DNA from: an uncultured Armatimonadetes bacterium
Lineage (GTDB): Bacteria; Armatimonadota; UBA5829; DTJY01
DNA length: 64,000 bases
Direction: 5' to 3'
NCBI GenBank assembly: GCA_963717145.1
Contig: OY970325.1
Span: 4,448,001-4,512,000 of the forward strand
Under the pieces are notes generated by a model. That model worked only from the letters and a program-made list of their open reading frames with translations. It made no database searches and was not told the origin of the DNA. Below are positions 61,290-64,000 of the stretch, one piece after another; position 1 is the stretch's first letter, and each line of letters opens with the position of its first letter. The translations under genes and the position numbers were made by a program.

Positions 61290-62924
61290 TCAGTATTGCT
61301 CTTCCTGCACCCCGCCGCCTGACTTCCGCGCAACCCAGGGGGCGGCGGCAAGAAGCCCGAGCGTCAGGGCGGCATAAAACCCGCTGACCAGCATCCACGA
61401 CAGATCCTTGGGCCACCAGAGTTTCGGCATGGTCGGGGACCACCCCTGAGCCTCCACGATGAGCGGCGTCACCGGCCAGAACGCGGCCAGTTGCCAGATC
61501 ACTCCCGATGCCCTGGAGAGCCCGAAGTTGTAGTTGGCCAGTATTATCGCATAGCCCGCGAACATCATGATGATCGCGACGACCGCGACTACCACCGCGT
61601 TTCGTCTCAGCTTGACGACTGCCGATGCGAATATGGATATCGCGGCCATTGCGGCTGCTACAGTCACGCATACTGCCCCGATCTTGTAGACGCTGAGCCA
61701 GTTCGCATGGGTCATGTGCGTATGCGTAGACCCGACCGACCAGCGGAGCGTGAGGCCGAATACCACATACTCCAGTATTGCCCACATCAGGACGAAGCAG
61801 AACGCTCCCGACATCTCGCTCTTGAACATCTTGCGGGGATCCAACAGGCCCATTATGCTCGGCTTTCCCCCCTGCGCCGGCATGCGACCGGTCGCGAAGA
61901 TCGGCGCGACATGCACGAACATGATGAACATGCTCGCGGCGGACATGGTGACCAGCGCCTGTATGCCCATGGAACCCATCGCGCCCCTGTAGGTCGCGTC
62001 GCCGAATGTGATCCACGTGGTGAAAAGCGACGATGCGATCAGCAGTATCCTCGCCGGGAGGGCCTTCTCCGCCCTCAGGTACTTCACGTGCATCGCGGCG
62101 ACGAACAGCAGAGCCGCGCCATAGAGGGAATGCTGGATCAGCGGAGGCAGGTAGATCGGAATCTTGAGACCGCAGACTGTCGCCTTCATCAATGGTCCCC
62201 ACGGCGCCCAGCCCGGGTTCATCAACGCCATTGCATTGACGGCCCCTCCTCCGTACCACATGCTCTGCAGCAGGGCCGCGCCCGATCCCAGCGTCGAGAG
62301 CAGATAACCCAGGGACGTGCCGTAGGTCAGCAGTACCGCGGCGGCCGTGCGGTTGAACAGCGACGACCAGAAGACACCCATCGCAGCGAGTACGAAGGTC
62401 CATGCGATCAGCAGCAGGTAGGTGACGAAAACCTCAGCGGGCGATATTCCGCCGAACATCAGGCAGATGCCGGAGAGCGGCAGAGAGCACATCAGCAGGA
62501 TCAGCGAGTAGAGCATCGCGCTGAGAAGCTTCCCGAGAACCACATTCCCCGGCGACAACCTGGTCAGCACCAGCATCTCGATGGTCTTCTTCTCGAGTTC
62601 CAGGGTGAGCGCACCGGATGTGAGCGATGGGATAATCAATGCCAGCAGAACGGTCTGCGTCCAGTTGAGGCTCATGAACAGCTTCTGTCCGAGCCTGGCG
62701 TTCACGAGCGACTGAGCGCCGTATCCGGTCGCAGACATGATCCACATGGTGTAGTAGGAGATCAGCAGCACGACGCCGAGGAACAGCACGTAGCCTCCCA
62801 TGACCAGGAAGCCCTTCCGTCCCCGCATCCTCGTGCGAAGCTCCTTCGCGACCACGGGGTTGTCCCGAATCCCATTGGCCCATACATCCTTAAGCTGCAT
62901 ACTCACCGTTGCTGCAATGCTCAT
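61290..62924 (-). CDS. ABC-2 type transporter permease-like membrane protein
   Basis: NPVVAKELRTRMRG, PSLTSGALTLELEKKTIEML, LGKL, FGGISP. Confidence 0.85.
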   Translation of the reverse strand: MSIAATVSMQLKDVWANGIRDNPVVAKELRTRMRGRKGFLVMGGYVLFLGVVLLISYYTMWIMSATGYGAQSLVNARLGQKLFMSLNWTQTVLLALIIPSLTSGALTLELEKKTIEMLVLTRLSPGNVVLGKLLSAMLYSLILLMCSLPLSGICLMFGGISPAEVFVTYLLLIAWTFVLAAMGVFWSSLFNRTAAAVLLTYGTSLGYLLSTLGSGAALLQSMWYGGGAVNAMALMNPGWAPWGPLMKATVCGLKIPIYLPPLIQHSLYGAALLFVAAMHVKYLRAEKALPARILLIASSLFTTWITFGDATYRGAMGSMGIQALVTMSAASMFIMFVHVAPIFATGRMPAQGGKPSIMGLLDPRKMFKSEMSGAFCFVLMWAILEYVVFGLTLRWSVGSTHTHMTHANWLSVYKIGAVCVTVAAAMAAISIFASAVVKLRRNAVVVAVVAIIMMFAGYAIILANYNFGLSRASGVIWQLAAFWPVTPLIVEAQGWSPTMPKLWWPKDLSWMLVSGFYAALTLGLLAAAPWVARKSGGGVQEEQY

Positions 62925-62937
62925 GCTTTTCTCCTGC

Positions 62938-63969
62938 CTATGATCTTCTCAAGCGGTCGAGTCTTCGGACGGACAACCACTGACATACATATGCGTATGA
63001 TATCGATATGCCGACTGATGATAGCGCAAACCGCAAGACCTCATTGGCGTCCTTATAGCTGTCCACGATCTCGGACGCAGCTCTAAGCGGGTTGGCTATC
63101 GTGAACGCCTCCGCATCGCCTGCCGAGACGCTGGTAACCGCTGACCATATCCGGCCGGTGCCGAGCAGTACCAGTATGACCGCCATGTACGACAGGCCGA
63201 GGGGTATCACCCAGTTGGCTCGTCTGCCGATAATACGACTCATCACCCAGGACGCGACTCCAAATACTACGAAGCTCACCGGCGCTGCCTGGTAGAACAC
63301 CAGATCAGTGAAGCCCAGAAGCGCGTTCGCAGAACCTCGCATCAGGTCGCCAAGGAATACCAACGCGGCAGGTACACCAACGATCAGAACCATGGTAGTC
63401 AGGTATGCCGCAAATATGCTCGTTCGCGAATCCTTGAACACACACGAGCACAGTACTCCGAGTGCTCCGTAGGTACACGCGGCCACCAGGAGCACCCCGT
63501 ACATCTCGGCAACCTGCAAAGGCGATATCCCGCCAAGCATGAACACGACTGCCAGGACCGGGAGCGATGCCGCGAGCAGCATCACTATCTCAGCAACTGC
63601 CGCCGCCAACTTCTGCACTACAATGGCCCACGTTGGCAACAACGTTATGGCCAGCAGATCGAATGTTCGTCTATCGCGCTCGGCTGAAACAGTCATGGCA
63701 CTGTATGCCGGCACGATAAGGCACACCATCGAGACCTGCAGGAGCGACATCCACATGAAGATGTCCTCACCGAGCCGGCTGAGGTCCCCTGGCGATGGCC
63801 CTCCGGGCCAGGTCGCGAACAACGCGATCACCAGTATCGACAGCACTCCAGCGTATACCCCCATCACGATGAATGGCCGGGCCTTCCGCTGCCGGATGCG
63901 CATCTCCAGCCTGAGCACCGGGAACTCGATCTCCCTTATTCGATTGGTAAGCAGCCTAAGCTTTGCCAT
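62938..63969 (-). CDS. ABC-2 type transporter permease-like membrane protein (paralog)
   Basis: PVLRLEMRIRQR, ERDRRTFDLL, QKL, LGGISP. Confidence 0.85.
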   Translation of the reverse strand: MAKLRLLTNRIREIEFPVLRLEMRIRQRKARPFIVMGVYAGVLSILVIALFATWPGGPSPGDLSRLGEDIFMWMSLLQVSMVCLIVPAYSAMTVSAERDRRTFDLLAITLLPTWAIVVQKLAAAVAEIVMLLAASLPVLAVVFMLGGISPLQVAEMYGVLLVAACTYGALGVLCSCVFKDSRTSIFAAYLTTMVLIVGVPAALVFLGDLMRGSANALLGFTDLVFYQAAPVSFVVFGVASWVMSRIIGRRANWVIPLGLSYMAVILVLLGTGRIWSAVTSVSAGDAEAFTIANPLRAASEIVDSYKDANEVLRFALSSVGISISYAYVCQWLSVRRLDRLRRS

Positions 63970-64000
63970 CAGCAGCCAAATGCTACGCGCGCCGCAAGGC

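Overview
A GC-rich bacterial window, most consistent with a diderm Terrabacteria lineage such as Armatimonadota. This is inferred from the lptC-lptA-lptB-single lptF/G-DUF3084-yqgF-like-SLH gene order, a PEP-CTERM protein and a lineage-type C-terminal domain. Housekeeping genes (ruvC/A/B, proS, hemW, lepA, ahpC) are mixed with glycoside hydrolases, a ~9.4 kb gene encoding two subtilases in tandem, a REP-associated tyrosine transposase (RAYT) with its REP array, and a MoxR/DUF58/VWA/ABC-permease operon. About nine single-base frameshifts suggest an imperfectly polished long-read assembly. Five observations stand out. (1) A membrane-anchored coiled-coil protein of the MoxR operon has an in-frame UGA followed directly by a SECIS-like hairpin, making it a candidate new selenoprotein. 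(2) Several palindromic or short-tandem repeat families fill many intergenic gaps, and such elements also sit in-frame inside six protein genes (nine inserts). (3) Two unrelated exported proteins share a ~200-aa C-terminal domain, a candidate sorting or anchoring signal. (4) A two-gene cassette delimited by repeats splits moxR from DUF58. (5) lptB appears to start at ATA.
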